A DNA stretch of 48,276 nt from assembly GCA_037439765.1 (NCBI GenBank), contig JBBIVL010000002.1, positions 1-48,276 on the forward strand, given 5' to 3'. A program made the position numbers and the translations under genes. Source of the DNA: Candidatus Bipolaricaulota bacterium. GTDB taxonomy: Bacteria > Bipolaricaulota > Bipolaricaulia > Bipolaricaulales > Bipolaricaulaceae. Position 1 is the first letter of the stretch. Every line of letters begins with the position of its first letter. Below the pieces are notes generated by a model. That model was not told where the DNA came from. It saw nothing but the letters and a program-made list of their open reading frames with translations, and searched no databases. Of the stretch, positions 31,930 to 43,140 are shown one piece after another.

Positions 31930-34811
31930 CGGGCCACGATGGAAACGAGCTTCTCCGGCACGGCAATGATCCGCTCCACCTGCAGGCCCTGAAGACGGCT
32001 TTGGACCTCCCCGGAAGAAAGAACCATGTCCTGCAGGATTTTCGGATCGGCCGCCTTAGCCCGGGGGAGGCGCAGGCGCACCCGCACCTTCCCATTGATC
32101 TGCACGGGGATCTCCACCTCCGCCTCCTCCAGGGCCGTGGGATCGTAGATTGGCCAGGGTGTTTCCAACACAGCCTTGCCCTGACCAAGCCTGTGCCAAA
32201 GCTCTTCGCAGATGAACGGTGTGAACGGGGAAAGTATCAGGACAAGGTCCCGCAGTGCCCGGCGGAGAAGTTTTGGATCGGGCTCCGGATCCTCAGCATA
32301 AGCGGAAAGCTCGTTGGTGAACTCCATGATCGCGGCCACCGCGGTGTTGAGGGCCAGCCTTCCCTCAAACTCTTCCGTAACCTTCTTCACTGTGGTGTGG
32401 AGTTTGGCCCAAAGGGTCTGCTCCTGAGGGCCAAATTCTCGTGGATCGGGCTCCTCCCGAACCTCGCCCACTCTCTCCAGGATGGCCAGGGCCATGGTCC
32501 AAAAGCGGTTCAGGAAGCGCCAGGACCCCCTCACTCCTTCTTCGCTCCACTCGATTTCCCTCTCCGGCGGCCCCATGAATAACGTGTAGAGTCTTTCGGT
32601 ATCCGCGCCGTACCGAGCGATGAGGTCATCGGGAGAGACGACGTTCTTCTTGGACTTGGACATGGCCGCGACCGACACGACGAGCCCGGCCCCGCATTTA
32701 GGGCAACGGTCCCCCTCCGAAACCTCCTTCGGGGGGATCCAAAGATGGGTGGGACACCAGTAGGCCGGATAGGTGACCATCCCTTGCGTGAAAAGCTTTT
32801 TGAACGGCTCATCGAAGGAAAGAAGCCCTAAATCATGGAGGAATTTGGTGATGAACCGGGCGTAGAGAAGGTGAAGAATAGCGTGCTCCACCCCGCCCAC
32901 ATAAAGATCCACGGGAAGCCATTTATTCACGAGCTCCGGATCAAACGGTCGCTCCGTGTCCTTTGGGGAGACGAACCGCAGAAAATACCAGGAGGAGTCC
33001 ACGAAGGTGTCCATGGTGTCCGTGTCGCGCCGGGCGGGACCGCCGCAGCGAGGGCATTGGGTGGGGATGAACTCCGGAATATCCGCAAGCCCAAGTTTTC
33101 CAATGCGATTTACCTCGGGAAGGAGAACGGGAAGATCCTTCTCTGGCACGGGAACGACCCCACATTTCGGGCAATGGATCATGGGAATCGGTGCTCCCCA
33201 ATAGCGCTGCCGGGAGATGAGCCAGTCGCGTAGCTTATAGGTCACTGTTCCCTTACCCAAACCCTTTTCCGTAAGCCATTCCACGGTTTTCCTTATCGCT
33301 TCCGTGCCGGGGGTACCGGAAAGTGGGCCGGAGTTGATCATCTCCCCGTACTCCGCGTGGAAGAGAAGGTCTCGGTAGAACTCCACTCCCCACAGGATCT
33401 CTGCGACCGTTCCCTTATTCGCCAGTTTGGCCTCACGCTTTCGGCAAAGGTCGAGAACCGCGCGCTCCTCAGCAATGGATCCGACGTTCATGATCCCTTC
33501 AGGAAAAACGAACACCCACCTTGAGCCGATCACCTCGGTCCAGGAACCGGGAGCGATGAACCTCTGGACCAGATCAATGTATTCGCTCCGCCGTTCCTCC
33601 CTCAAGGTAACGTACAGGGAGCCATCCCGCTTCTCGAACGAAAAACTGGCCTGCGCCAGGGCCTCTTCCAGCCCAGGGCGATACGTCCCCTCCAACACAA
33701 AGCTCTTAGCCAGCCCCTCCGGACGCTGGATGACCGGGATCACTGAGAGCCTGTGGGTCAGGGCAAACTGAAAATCGCGCTCATCGTGGGCGGGAACACC
33801 CATGATGGCCCCGGTGCCATAGCCCATGAGGACGTAATCGGCAACCCAAATGGGGATGCGTTCACTGGTTGCAGGATTGATCGCGTAGGTCCCTAAAAAG
33901 ACACCGCTTTTCTCCTTTTCCGTGGAGGTGCGCTCTACCTCGGTCATGCGCTCCGCCGCCGCGCAATAGGCCTTCACCTCCTCCGCCTTCTCCGGCGCGG
34001 TTAATTCCGGCACAAGGGGATGCTCCGGAGCCAGCACCAGGAAGGTCGCGCCCCAGAGCGTGTCCGGCCGGGTGGTGAAGACCTTGATCTCCGGTCCCTT
34101 CTCCGTGGGGAAAAGGATCTCCGCTCCTTCTGAGCGGCCAATCCAGTTTTCCTGCATCTTCTTTACGTGTTCAGGCCAGTCGAGTTTTTCCAAGTCCCGC
34201 AAAAGCCGCTCGGCGTAGGCGGTGATGCGGAAATACCACTGCTCCAGTTCCCGTTTTTCCACAAGGGAATGACAACGCCAGCAGCGGCCGGCGATGACCT
34301 GTTCGTTGGCCAGGACCACCTCGCAGTGGGGGCACCAGTTCACCTTTCCTTTGGCTCGGTAAGCCAGGCCCTTTTCGTACAGTTTAAGAAAGAGCCACTG
34401 GGTCCACTTGTAGTAATCGGGCTTGCAGGTGGCGATTTCCCGGTCCCAGTCATACTCCACCCCCCACGCGCGAAATTGCCGCTTGAATTCGCGAATGTTC
34501 GTCCAAGTCCAATCTCGTGGATGGATGCCCTGCTCGATGGCCGCGTTCTCCGCGGGAAGCCCAAAGGCGTCCCACCCCATGGGGTTGAGGACGTTCCAGC
34601 CGCGCATGAGAAGGAAGCGCACGATGGCGTCGCCCAGGATGTAGTTGCGGCCATGCCCGGCGTGGAGCTTCCCCGAAGGGTAGGGGAACATGTTGAGGTA
34701 GTAGAATTTTTTCCCGGCCTCGTGGATCCTAGCCTTGAATAGACCTCGACCGTGCCAAAAATCGCGCCACTTTTTCTCCAGCGTTTGGGGATCGTAAGCC
34801 TCGCGGGTCAA
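31926..34811 (-). CDS. leuS: Leucine--tRNA ligase
   Basis: 961 aa with '[17 protein letters not shown]' (HIGH) and '[10 protein letters not shown]' (KMSKS). TTG start overlaps the upstream stop (TTGA). Confidence 0.95.
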   Translation of the reverse strand: MTREAYDPQTLEKKWRDFWHGRGLFKARIHEAGKKFYYLNMFPYPSGKLHAGHGRNYILGDAIVRFLLMRGWNVLNPMGWDAFGLPAENAAIEQGIHPRDWTWTNIREFKRQFRAWGVEYDWDREIATCKPDYYKWTQWLFLKLYEKGLAYRAKGKVNWCPHCEVVLANEQVIAGRCWRCHSLVEKRELEQWYFRITAYAERLLRDLEKLDWPEHVKKMQENWIGRSEGAEILFPTEKGPEIKVFTTRPDTLWGATFLVLAPEHPLVPELTAPEKAEEVKAYCAAAERMTEVERTSTEKEKSGVFLGTYAINPATSERIPIWVADYVLMGYGTGAIMGVPAHDERDFQFALTHRLSVIPVIQRPEGLAKSFVLEGTYRPGLEEALAQASFSFEKRDGSLYVTLREERRSEYIDLVQRFIAPGSWTEVIGSRWVFVFPEGIMNVGSIAEERAVLDLCRKREAKLANKGTVAEILWGVEFYRDLLFHAEYGEMINSGPLSGTPGTEAIRKTVEWLTEKGLGKGTVTYKLRDWLISRQRYWGAPIPMIHCPKCGVVPVPEKDLPVLLPEVNRIGKLGLADIPEFIPTQCPRCGGPARRDTDTMDTFVDSSWYFLRFVSPKDTERPFDPELVNKWLPVDLYVGGVEHAILHLLYARFITKFLHDLGLLSFDEPFKKLFTQGMVTYPAYWCPTHLWIPPKEVSEGDRCPKCGAGLVVSVAAMSKSKKNVVSPDDLIARYGADTERLYTLFMGPPEREIEWSEEGVRGSWRFLNRFWTMALAILERVGEVREEPDPREFGPQEQTLWAKLHTTVKKVTEEFEGRLALNTAVAAIMEFTNELSAYAEDPEPDPKLLRRALRDLVLILSPFTPFICEELWHRLGQGKAVLETPWPIYDPTALEEAEVEIPVQINGKVRVRLRLPRAKAADPKILQDMVLSSGEVQSRLQGLQVERIIAVPEKLVSIVAR

Positions 34812-36262
34812 AGCAGTCCTCCTTTCACCAAATCCACCGCTTCATCCAAGACTTTTTGCACCTCTTGAGCGTCGTCCATCTCGCAATACAGGCGCAGAAT
34901 GGGTTCGGTTCCAGAAGCCCGGAAGAGGAGCCATCCCCGGACGAATCGAAGTTTCAGGCCATCGAGATCCTCGATGCTCTTCACGCGGTGGCCGGCCAGG
35001 GCCTCGGGCGGGTTCTTCCTCAGTTTGTCGGCGATCTCCAGGCGGTGGGCGAGCTGGAGGTCCCGCCGCGCATAATGATGGGGACCTACCCGGGCAAAGA
35101 GGTCCCTCACCAAGGTGGACAAAGACTTTCCTGTGGTGGCCACAAGCTCCAGGAGGAGAAGGTTGGAGAGGATTCCGTCGCGCTCGGGAAGATGCCAAGA
35201 GAACCCGTAGCCACCGGATTCCTCAGCGGCGAACACGGCCTGGCCCCGCACCAAACCCTCCACTGCCCATTTGAACCCGATTTTGATCTCCTGGCACGGC
35301 ACCCCCGCTTCGTCCGCGAGTTTTTGGATCATGTCCGTGAGGGCAAAGGATTTCCACACCGGTCCCCGGATCCCCCGGTTTTGAAACAGGTGCCAGAGGA
35401 GGAGGGCCGCTGTCCGATGGGTATCGAGGAACTCACCGTGTTCGTCCATGCCCGCGCCGCGATCCCCGTCCCCGTCGGTTACAAGCCCCACAATAATGCG
35501 CTGGCGCACGCGACCGCGCAGCCCCCGAACCACCGCGCGCAGCGGCCAAAGGTTCTCCGCCAGGGGCTCCGGCTTCTTTCCCCCAAACAGAGGGTCCCGG
35601 TCGGAGCGGATGGCCACATGAGGAAGGCGAAGCTCCCGCAGAATCGTGGTTAGATACCCTTGGGCCGAGCCATACATGGGATCGACGACTGGGAACAGCG
35701 GTGCCCGCCGCAAAAGGGCGAGATCCACGGCGGTGCGGAGCCGGTCCAGGTAGGGTTCGCGAATGGCTTGGGTGGGAACGTCCGCCGGGTTCAGACGGGG
35801 TGGATGGCCCGGCAAGCGGGCCTCGATCTCCCGGGTGATTTCCTCCGTGGCCGACCCTCCGTACTCCGGCTTGAACTTGAGCCCGTTGTACTCCGGGGGA
35901 TTGTGGGAAGCGGTGATCATCACCCCGCCGGCCAGGCCACCCTCCCGCACGAAGAAGGACAGGGCTGGGGTGGGCACGGGGTCAGGGGTGATCCAGGCGG
36001 GAACACCGCCCTGGATGAGAGCCTGGGCCACTTCGGTGGCAAAATCCCGGGAGAGGAAGCGATTATCGTAGCCCACGAGAACCCCGGCTTCCGCGGGCCG
36101 CAGGGGCACCTCCCACTCCCGGTACACAGGCATCTCCCTTCGCTCAGGGGCGCGCAGGTACGAAGCCAAGGCCACGCCCACCCTAGCCACGTTGGCAAAC
36201 GTGAACTCCCGGGCGATCACCCCCCGCCACCCGTCCGTGCCAAACTTCACTTCCTCGCTCAT
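34808..36262 (-). CDS. Phosphoglucomutase/phosphomannomutase family protein (alpha-D-phosphohexomutase)
   Basis: 484 aa from ATG 36262: 'KFGTDGWRG', phosphoserine loop '[13 protein letters not shown]' and metal loop 'TDGDGDR'. The track ORF's 63-codon Cys/Arg-rich extension was rejected. Confidence 0.9.
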   Translation of the reverse strand: MSEEVKFGTDGWRGVIAREFTFANVARVGVALASYLRAPERREMPVYREWEVPLRPAEAGVLVGYDNRFLSRDFATEVAQALIQGGVPAWITPDPVPTPALSFFVREGGLAGGVMITASHNPPEYNGLKFKPEYGGSATEEITREIEARLPGHPPRLNPADVPTQAIREPYLDRLRTAVDLALLRRAPLFPVVDPMYGSAQGYLTTILRELRLPHVAIRSDRDPLFGGKKPEPLAENLWPLRAVVRGLRGRVRQRIIVGLVTDGDGDRGAGMDEHGEFLDTHRTAALLLWHLFQNRGIRGPVWKSFALTDMIQKLADEAGVPCQEIKIGFKWAVEGLVRGQAVFAAEESGGYGFSWHLPERDGILSNLLLLELVATTGKSLSTLVRDLFARVGPHHYARRDLQLAHRLEIADKLRKNPPEALAGHRVKSIEDLDGLKLRFVRGWLLFRASGTEPILRLYCEMDDAQEVQKVLDEAVDLVKGGLL

Positions 36263-36495
36263 CTCCGACCCTTTCGCTTGGCTTTGCCAAAATCCACGCG
36301 TTCCACATGGGGCGGAATTTTCACCCCATCGCTTTCCAAAAGCTCCACAATGAGGTCCATGGGAATGGCGGTCTCCAGCCAGAGATCCTCGATGAACACA
36401 ACACCGTTGCGCACGGGAACACGCGCAAACGCCCTCTCCAGCGCCTGACAATACCCTTCCCGCACGCGGGCTAACTCCTCTTCCAGTTCCGCCAT
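36259..36495 (-). CDS. Small hypothetical protein (78 aa)
   Basis: ATG 36495 lies 1 nt after the upstream stop, and its own stop overlaps the downstream ATG (ATGA), a translational-coupling context. Composition is acidic and helical with a basic tail 'GKAKRKGRR'. No family recognised. Confidence 0.5.
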   Translation of the reverse strand: MAELEEELARVREGYCQALERAFARVPVRNGVVFIEDLWLETAIPMDLIVELLESDGVKIPPHVERVDFGKAKRKGRR

Positions 36496-36496
36496 C

Positions 36497-37708
36497 CTAG
36501 TAGCGCCACTCCACCGTGTACTCCAGAGAGGTTTCCCCTCCCGGAGCCACGGGGACCACGAATCTTACCCGCTGGGCGTCCAGGACTTCATAGGGGAGCG
36601 TGGAGGTGAGGATTTGCCAGTACCCAGAGAGGGACTCGATGACCTCCACTTCCGTTTCCTCCGCCTTGGTCGAGCGCAGGAGGACACGCCAGGTGTCGCG
36701 GAACAGGTTCTCCCCCATCCGCTCGCGCTTCACTTGCGCGCGAGTTCCCGTGAGGTCAAACGCGTAGCCCACAGGGAGTTCCGCGCTTTTCCCCTTGGGC
36801 AGAGAAGGGAGGGAACTTGCGCCCACGAAGATCCCCTCCGCATACGCGCGCAGCTCCCCTGCGGGGAGAATTTGATCCGTAGGGGTGAAGCGAATCCACA
36901 CCGCCACCGCCGCCCCGTCGAACCGGTAAAACTTGGTGGCCGGAAACGCCCCCCGCATTAAGGGAAGCACGGCCACGCCTGGGGCAAGATCCCAGGATCC
37001 TGGGAGGTCGTAGCGGTAGTACTCAAAGGTTTCGGTGGGCGGGGCCTCGGGAAAGGCGGCCAGCGCGCGCACGGCCACGTCCTTGGCCGGCGCGCGAACT
37101 TCCCCGGCGATCAGCGTGAGCGCCGCACCCGAAAATTCCACCCCGGTGTCATTTTGGATGACGGCTTTGCCCAAAACCTGCAACACATCGCTTTGAAATA
37201 GGGCCTCGTACACAATCTTCCAGGAGAGTCCCCAGGTAAGGTAGCGGAAGCGCAACTCCTTCACGCCAGGTTCCGGACTGCGGTAGGCGAGGAGGGCTTG
37301 AGCAGAGGAGGCCGGGGCATAACGAGGGCCTCGCAGCCACTCGTAGTCCCGCAACAAAACCACTCCCTCCCTGGTTTCCAGTACCAACCCCTCCGCCAAA
37401 ACCTCCCGGAGGATTCCCCGAAACACGGTGGTTCTCGTCTGCACCGTGACTTCCTGCCCCAAAAGCCGCTTGAGACTCCAGGGCTCCGGAGAAGCGGGCG
37501 AGAGGCGCAGGGTTTCCAAGCCGCCCACGGTGAGGGTCTCCCACAGCGTGCCCTCCGGGAAACCGGAGAGTTCCAGCACTCCTTCTTCAGAAACGGTCAG
37601 CCTTCTTGTCTCCTCCACCAAGGCTAAGCCGGAAGAGTAGAGGACGAGCTGCGTTTGGCCGAAGGCCAAAACCCCCGCGAACCCCAACACCAAAAGCACT
37701 CGGACCAT
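36497..37708 (-). CDS. DUF4139-domain secreted protein
   Basis: 403 aa with signal 'MVRVLLVLGFAGVLAFG'. 'LRFRYLTWGLSWKIVYEA' and the overall beta-rich layout are typical of DUF4139 (mucoidy-inhibitor-A-like) proteins. Confidence 0.7.
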   Translation of the reverse strand: MVRVLLVLGFAGVLAFGQTQLVLYSSGLALVEETRRLTVSEEGVLELSGFPEGTLWETLTVGGLETLRLSPASPEPWSLKRLLGQEVTVQTRTTVFRGILREVLAEGLVLETREGVVLLRDYEWLRGPRYAPASSAQALLAYRSPEPGVKELRFRYLTWGLSWKIVYEALFQSDVLQVLGKAVIQNDTGVEFSGAALTLIAGEVRAPAKDVAVRALAAFPEAPPTETFEYYRYDLPGSWDLAPGVAVLPLMRGAFPATKFYRFDGAAVAVWIRFTPTDQILPAGELRAYAEGIFVGASSLPSLPKGKSAELPVGYAFDLTGTRAQVKRERMGENLFRDTWRVLLRSTKAEETEVEVIESLSGYWQILTSTLPYEVLDAQRVRFVVPVAPGGETSLEYTVEWRY

Positions 37709-37749
37709 TGGGCATCACCCCGCGGCATCTTACCCGGTTTCTTCGCCCC

Positions 37750-37959
37750 TCACTCCCCGAGTTCCTCGAGTTCGCGCTTCACCGCAGCGATTTCCTCCTC
37801 CAGCTCCTTTTTGTAGTGTTCCAGGTCCTGCAGGTACTCCTGGAGGAGGCGGCGGTATTCCGCGCGGCTCCACCAGGGGCCGGGCCGGCCTGGGCCGAAC
37901 CGCAAGAAAAACAACGGGGGAAAGCCAAAACCAAAGGCACCGTAACGCCACCATCGCAT
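37750..37959 (-). CDS. Small hypothetical protein, DUF5320-like (aromatic/Gly-Pro N-terminus plus coiled coil)
   Basis: 69 aa from ATG 37959, with GAGGTGA SD 6 nt upstream, directly after the hflX stop. Sequence '...GFGFGFPP...GPGRPGPWW' is followed by 'LQEYLQDLEHYKKELEEEIAAVKRELEEL'. Confidence 0.45.
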   Translation of the reverse strand: MRWWRYGAFGFGFPPLFFLRFGPGRPGPWWSRAEYRRLLQEYLQDLEHYKKELEEEIAAVKRELEELGE

Positions 37960-37975
37960 GGAAATCACCTCAGGG

Positions 37976-39166
37976 TCAATGATACTGGGCAGCAGCAGGG
38001 TGGGGAGCCCCCTGGGGGAGAAGCTGGACCAACTTCCGGCGCAGCTCCGACAGGTTTTCCCCAGTCTTGGCGGAGACGAGCATCCCTGGCTGGGCCTCGC
38101 GCAACAGCCTCTCCGCGCGGGCCCAGGTCTCGGGGGAGGCGAGGAGGTCCAGCTTGTTCAGCACATACAACACCGGAGGCTTGGGCCCATCCGGACCGAA
38201 GATTTCGGTGAATATCACCTCGCGCACCACCTGAAGGTGCTCCTCAGCTGCGGGCGAGGCCGCATCGATTACAGCGAGGAGCACGGCCGCTTCACGCACG
38301 GCCTCCAATGTGGCGTGGAATGCGGGGATGAGCTGGGGTGGAAGATCCCGGATGAAGCCCACGGTGTCGGTCACCAACGCCATCTGTCCAGGCGCAAGGG
38401 AGGCCCGGCGCACCTTCGTGTCCAGGGTGGCGAAAAGCTGGTCCGCCACCAGGGCATCACCCCGGGTGAGGGCGTTGAACAGCGTGGATTTTCCGGAGTT
38501 GGTATAGCCGACGATAGCGATTTCAGGGGGGCCGAAGCGGCGGCGTCGGCTGCGCCGCACCTCGCGGGCGCGCTGGGCCTCTCGAAGTTCCCGCTCCAGG
38601 GCCAGGATGCGGCGGCGGATGGCCCGCCGGCTCTGCTCCAGACGGGTCTCGCCAGGGCCCATCGTCCCCACGATCCCGCCCGGATCAGAGAGGGCGTGGC
38701 CCCAGCCCCGCAGCCGGGGAAGGAGGTAACGAAGTTGGGCCAACTCCACCGCGAGCGCCGCCTCCTTCGTGCCCGCGTGCAGGGCGAAGATGTCCAAAAT
38801 GAGCTGGGAACGATCGATGATCTTAAGATGGGTGAACTCCTCGAGATTGCGGGCTTGGGCAGGGCTGAGCTCCACCCCGAAGATGAGGGTATCAGCGTGG
38901 GTTTCGCTGGCCAGGGCCTGTACTTCCAACACTTTGCCTTTGCCGATGTAGGTGGCCGGATCCGGGCGGTCCCGCCGCTGGAGGAGAGTGCCCACCACGA
39001 TCACCCCGGCGGTGTGGGCCAGGGCGGCCAGCTCCTGGAGCCGCTCCTGGGGGTCTTCCCCAGGGGGAGTGACCTCCACAAGGAGGGCGCGTTCGCCGCC
39101 GTAGATGCGGGCGCGCTGCCCCAGATAATCTTCGATGAGGCCTTTTTTCAGCCCTCTTCCTCCCAT
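37976..39166 (-). CDS. hflX: GTPase HflX
   Basis: 396 aa from ATG 39166: HflX N-domain 'IGKGKVLEVQAL....IFGVELSPAQARNLE', 'GETRLEQSRR', G1 'VGYTNSGKSTLFNAL' and G3 'TDTVGFI'. The 161-codon Arg/Gly-rich extension in the track overlaps murA and was rejected. Confidence 0.9.
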   Translation of the reverse strand: MGGRGLKKGLIEDYLGQRARIYGGERALLVEVTPPGEDPQERLQELAALAHTAGVIVVGTLLQRRDRPDPATYIGKGKVLEVQALASETHADTLIFGVELSPAQARNLEEFTHLKIIDRSQLILDIFALHAGTKEAALAVELAQLRYLLPRLRGWGHALSDPGGIVGTMGPGETRLEQSRRAIRRRILALERELREAQRAREVRRSRRRRFGPPEIAIVGYTNSGKSTLFNALTRGDALVADQLFATLDTKVRRASLAPGQMALVTDTVGFIRDLPPQLIPAFHATLEAVREAAVLLAVIDAASPAAEEHLQVVREVIFTEIFGPDGPKPPVLYVLNKLDLLASPETWARAERLLREAQPGMLVSAKTGENLSELRRKLVQLLPQGAPHPAAAQYH

Positions 39167-40392
39167 ACCTGGGCTCCCAGGGCCCGCAATTTGGTCACCA
39201 TATTCTCGTAGCCCCGACTGAGGTGCTGTTCTCCCCGGATGGAGCTTACCCCCTCGGCGGCCAGGGCGGCCACTACCAAGGCGGCGCCAGCGCGGATATC
39301 GGTGGCCTCCACGGTAGCCGGCCTGAGCCGCTCCACGCCCTCCACCACTTGGGTACTTCCTGTAACCTGGATCCTCGCGCCCATTTGCAGCAAAGGTTCC
39401 ACGTGGCCAAAACGCGCGGTGTACACGGTTTCCGTGAGGGTGGAGCGACCCTCCGCCAAGGCCAGAAACGCAGCCATGGGGGGCTGGAGATCCGTGGGAA
39501 AGCCGGGATAAGGCCAGGTCCGCAGATCCACAGGTTTGGGGCGCCGGGGGCCGTGCACGACGAGTTCCTCCTGGGCGGCCTCGATTTCGCAGCCTGCTAG
39601 GCTCAAACGGTCCACCACCGCGGCGAGGTGGCGGGGGTTGACCCCACAAAGACGGACCCGGCCCTGAGTGATGGCTCCAGCCAGGAGATAGGTGCCGGCC
39701 TCGATGCGGTCGGGGATGATCGTGTGATCAGCCCCTCCCAATTCCTGCCGGCCGCGGATCACTACCCGGTCCAACTCCCAGGCCACCGCAGCCCCCATCT
39801 GAATCAAGAGCTGCGCCAGATCCAAAACCTCTGGCTCGCGGGCCGGGTTGATCACCGTGGTCTCGCCCTCGGCCAATGCTCCAGCCAAAAGGAGCTGCTC
39901 CGTGGCTCCCACGGAGGGGAAATCCAAGTAGAGCAAGGCTCCGTGCAACCGGCCAGCCTCCGCCTCTACGGCTCCGTCCGAAAACGAGATGCGCGCACCA
40001 AGCCGGGAAAGACCGTAGAGGTGGAAATCCACGGGGCGGGGGCCCAGGGCGCAGCCTCCGGGAAGGGGCACCCGAGCCCGACCCATCCTGGCCAAAAGCG
40101 GCCCCAGTACCAGAAACGAGGCGCGCATCCGCTGGACCAACTCGGCAGGGGCCTCCCAGGCCAAAGTTTCCCCGCTCTTCAGGATCAGGGTTTCGCCCTC
40201 CCACCTCACCTCTTTTCCGAGGGCCTGCACCAGCTTCACCGCGGTTTCCACGTCGGCCAGGTGAGGAACGCGGCGGAGCACCACAGGCTCGGAAGTAAGG
40301 AGGCTGGCGATGATGGCGGGCAAGGCCGCGTTCTTGGCCCCCGAAGCGTGTACCTCCCCACAAAGCCGCTCTCCGCCAGCGATGCGGATCAC
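39148..40392 (-). CDS. murA: UDP-N-acetylglucosamine 1-carboxyvinyltransferase
   Basis: 414 aa with 'GEVHASGAKNAALP' and catalytic loop 'LPGGCALGPRPVDFH'. GTG start overlaps the upstream stop (GTGA). Confidence 0.93.
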   Translation of the reverse strand: MIRIAGGERLCGEVHASGAKNAALPAIIASLLTSEPVVLRRVPHLADVETAVKLVQALGKEVRWEGETLILKSGETLAWEAPAELVQRMRASFLVLGPLLARMGRARVPLPGGCALGPRPVDFHLYGLSRLGARISFSDGAVEAEAGRLHGALLYLDFPSVGATEQLLLAGALAEGETTVINPAREPEVLDLAQLLIQMGAAVAWELDRVVIRGRQELGGADHTIIPDRIEAGTYLLAGAITQGRVRLCGVNPRHLAAVVDRLSLAGCEIEAAQEELVVHGPRRPKPVDLRTWPYPGFPTDLQPPMAAFLALAEGRSTLTETVYTARFGHVEPLLQMGARIQVTGSTQVVEGVERLRPATVEATDIRAGAALVVAALAAEGVSSIRGEQHLSRGYENMVTKLRALGAQVWEEEG

Positions 40393-41210
40393 GGAAGAAG
40401 AGGTCGGGGATCCACCGGCGAGCCGTAGTAGCGCACCTCGAAGTGCAGATGGGGCCCGGTGGAAATCCCCGTGGTCCCGGAGAGGGCTACGGTTTCCCCG
40501 ACGGAGACGCGCTGTCCTGCGGTCACCAGAAGCTTGGAAAGGTGACCATAATAGGTTTCGTAACCATCCCCGTGGTCGATGACCACAAGGAGTCCGAAGC
40601 CGTCTTCCCAGCCGGAGAACGTGACGGTGCCGGCCCGGGCCGCGAGCACCGGGGTACCTTCAGAAACAGCCAAATCAATTCCGGTGTGGAATGAGGGCAC
40701 CCCATAGATGGGATGAATCCGGGGCCCAAACGGAGAAGAGAGCGTTCCCCGCACGGGCCAAACGAACCTTGGGTCGGTTCCCGAAGAGGGCAGCGGGACG
40801 GTGGTGGGATGGGGAATCCACAGGATCTGCCCCGGGGTGAGCTCCCCACGCAGGCCGTTGGCCTCCCGCACCGCCTCCTCCGCCACCCCATAGCGGGCGG
40901 AGATGGAGGCCACGGTTTCCCCTGATTTCACGGTATGAAACACCCCGTCTTTGGAGAGGAGAAGTTTCTGGCCGGGATAGATCGTGGTAGAGGTGAGGTT
41001 ATTGGAGGCCATGAGCCAGGCCACGGGGATTCCGTACCGGGAGGCGATGGAGCTCAAGGTATCGCCGATGCACACCTCGTACACGCTGGCTACATTCGGC
41101 CAGGAGCGAAGCGTCTGGGAGGGACCGCCCAATTCAGGGGAGAGAGCCAGAGAACCGAAAAGGAGGGGGAGACAGAGAGCCAGGATGGCCAGGATCCACA
41201 GGTTATTCAC
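40389..41210 (-). CDS. LysM-domain M23 family peptidoglycan metalloendopeptidase
   Basis: Signal/TM, two LysM repeats ('VCIGDTLSSIASRYGI', 'VKSGETVASISARYGV'), and M23 core 'HTGIDLAV', 'YYGHLS', 'TGPHLHFEV'. Confidence 0.9.
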   Translation of the reverse strand: MNNLWILAILALCLPLLFGSLALSPELGGPSQTLRSWPNVASVYEVCIGDTLSSIASRYGIPVAWLMASNNLTSTTIYPGQKLLLSKDGVFHTVKSGETVASISARYGVAEEAVREANGLRGELTPGQILWIPHPTTVPLPSSGTDPRFVWPVRGTLSSPFGPRIHPIYGVPSFHTGIDLAVSEGTPVLAARAGTVTFSGWEDGFGLLVVIDHGDGYETYYGHLSKLLVTAGQRVSVGETVALSGTTGISTGPHLHFEVRYYGSPVDPRPLLP

Positions 41211-42450
41211 TGTTCATCAGCTCCAAGAACTGCTTGTTGTTCTTTGTCCGCTCCATGCGCTGTTTAATGAACTCCAGGGCGACCCCTGGGTCCGGCATCT
41301 CGGAGATGAGCTTACGAAGGATCCACACCCGGCGAAGGACATCTGGCTCAAGGAGGAGTTCCTCTTTTCTTGTCCCGGACTGGATGAGATCGATGGCCGG
41401 AAAGATTCGGCGGTTCGCAAGATCGCGATTGAGCACAAGCTCCATGTTTCCCGTGCCCTTAAACTCCTCGAACACCACCTGGTCCAAGCGGGAGCCGGTG
41501 TCGATGAGGGCAGTGGCGATGATGGTGAGGGATCCGCCTTCCTCGATGTTGCGGGCCGCGCCGAAGAATTCCTTGGGCTTATAGAGGGCGGTAGGGTCGA
41601 TCCCGCCGGAGAGGAGTTTTCCCGAGGGGGTAATGGAGAGGTTGTAGGCCCGGGCAAGACGCGTGAGGGAGTCCATGAGGATCACCACATCGTAACCGAC
41701 CTCCACCAGGCGCTTGGCCTCGGAGGTCACGAGCTCCGCGAGCTTTGTGTGGTGGTGAGGTTCCATGTCAAACGTGGCGGCGATGACCTCTGCCTGCTTC
41801 ACCGAGCGCCGGAAATCCGTGACCTCCTCCGGCCGCTCGTCCACCAGGAGGATGAGGAGTTTTATGTCTGGGTAGTTGGCCTCTAGACCCTGGGCGATGT
41901 GTTTAAGAAGCGTGGTTTTCCCGGCCTTGGGCGGGGACACGATGAGCCCCCGTTGGCCTTTGCCGATGGGCGCAAAGAGGTCCATCATGCGGGTGGAGAG
42001 CTCCTCGGGGTCGTGCTCAAGAACGTAGTGCTGATCGGGATGGAGAGGGGTGAGCTGGGAGAAATCCTTGCGTTTGCGCACCACCTCAGGGTCGAGGCCG
42101 TTCACCTCCTCCACCCGCAGGAGGGCGAAGTAACGCTCGCCTTCCCGAGGAGGCCGCACCGGGCCGCGCACGTTGTCCCCATCCTTCAGCCCAAATTTGC
42201 GGATTTGCGAAGGGGAAACATACACGTCGTACCGGCTGGGAAGGCAGGATTTGTCCCGGAGGAACCCATACCCATCGGGCATGATCTCCAGCACCCCGCT
42301 GACCATGAGCTCCTGCCGGTCCGCCAGGACCCGCAGCACAGCCATCTCCAACTCCGCGGGGGAAAGCTCGCTCATCCCGTCAATGCCCAATTTTTCCGCA
42401 AGCGCCAAGATCTCCTCGTTTCCGAGGGCTCGGACTTCGCTGATCTCCAT
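41203..42450 (-). CDS. rho: Transcription termination factor Rho
   Basis: 415 aa with 'LEIMPDGYGFLR' RNA-binding domain, Walker A 'VSPPKAGKTTLL', and 'ALIDTGSRLDQVVFEEFKGTGNMEL'. Confidence 0.95.
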   Translation of the reverse strand: MEISEVRALGNEEILALAEKLGIDGMSELSPAELEMAVLRVLADRQELMVSGVLEIMPDGYGFLRDKSCLPSRYDVYVSPSQIRKFGLKDGDNVRGPVRPPREGERYFALLRVEEVNGLDPEVVRKRKDFSQLTPLHPDQHYVLEHDPEELSTRMMDLFAPIGKGQRGLIVSPPKAGKTTLLKHIAQGLEANYPDIKLLILLVDERPEEVTDFRRSVKQAEVIAATFDMEPHHHTKLAELVTSEAKRLVEVGYDVVILMDSLTRLARAYNLSITPSGKLLSGGIDPTALYKPKEFFGAARNIEEGGSLTIIATALIDTGSRLDQVVFEEFKGTGNMELVLNRDLANRRIFPAIDLIQSGTRKEELLLEPDVLRRVWILRKLISEMPDPGVALEFIKQRMERTKNNKQFLELMNSE

Positions 42451-42471
42451 CGTGGATCACCTCACCCCATG

Positions 42472-43107
42472 CTAAATCCGGGCGAACAGGGACCGCACCA
42501 CGTCGCCATACATTTTCAAGCGGTCCCATAGCCCCGGCCAAAACCCGCGCTTTTCCTCTTTGCGCACGTGGCTCACGCCTTCCCACACCACCGTTTTTTG
42601 TCGCCATCCTTCGCGAAAGGCCAACTTGGTCAGGGCTGTCTCGATCCCGAAATTTTGATTTTCCACAAGGCGCACGGCCTCCTCCCAAAGGCGCCGGGGC
42701 ATGATCCTCTGTCCGGAAAGAAAGGGCACGATCCGCTGGGAGAAGTCCGTGGCCGCCCGCCCCTTGCGAAACACAGCGATCACCATTTCGGCATTCCCAT
42801 CCTTATAGGCCCGGACCAGGTCCTCCACATGCTGGGCGGTGAGCCCGGTGAGATCGGCATCCAGGAAAAGGAGGGTATCCCCTTGCGCTTCCCGTACGCC
42901 AGCGGCCATGGCCGCCCCTTTGCCCTGGTTCTCCCCAAGCCGCACCACCTTAACCCCGTAGCGTTGGGCCACCTCAGCCGTGCCATCCGTGGAACCATCG
43001 TCCACCACGATCACCTCCGCCACCGAGGGTGCGGCGGCCAAGGACTTCAAAACGGCGCCGATGCGTTCCGCCTCGTTGTAAGCCGGGATGATGGCGGAGA
43101 TTCTCAT
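42472..43107 (-). CDS. Glycosyltransferase family 2 (small, soluble)
   Basis: 211 aa from ATG 43107: 'ISAIIPAYNEAERIGAVL', 'VVDDGSTDGT', 'LFLDADL'. The longer track ORF start lies upstream of the predicted promoter. Confidence 0.8.
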   Translation of the reverse strand: MRISAIIPAYNEAERIGAVLKSLAAAPSVAEVIVVDDGSTDGTAEVAQRYGVKVVRLGENQGKGAAMAAGVREAQGDTLLFLDADLTGLTAQHVEDLVRAYKDGNAEMVIAVFRKGRAATDFSQRIVPFLSGQRIMPRRLWEEAVRLVENQNFGIETALTKLAFREGWRQKTVVWEGVSHVRKEEKRGFWPGLWDRLKMYGDVVRSLFARI

Positions 43108-43140
43108 GAGGGAAAGATTGACTTCAAATTTTCGGAAATG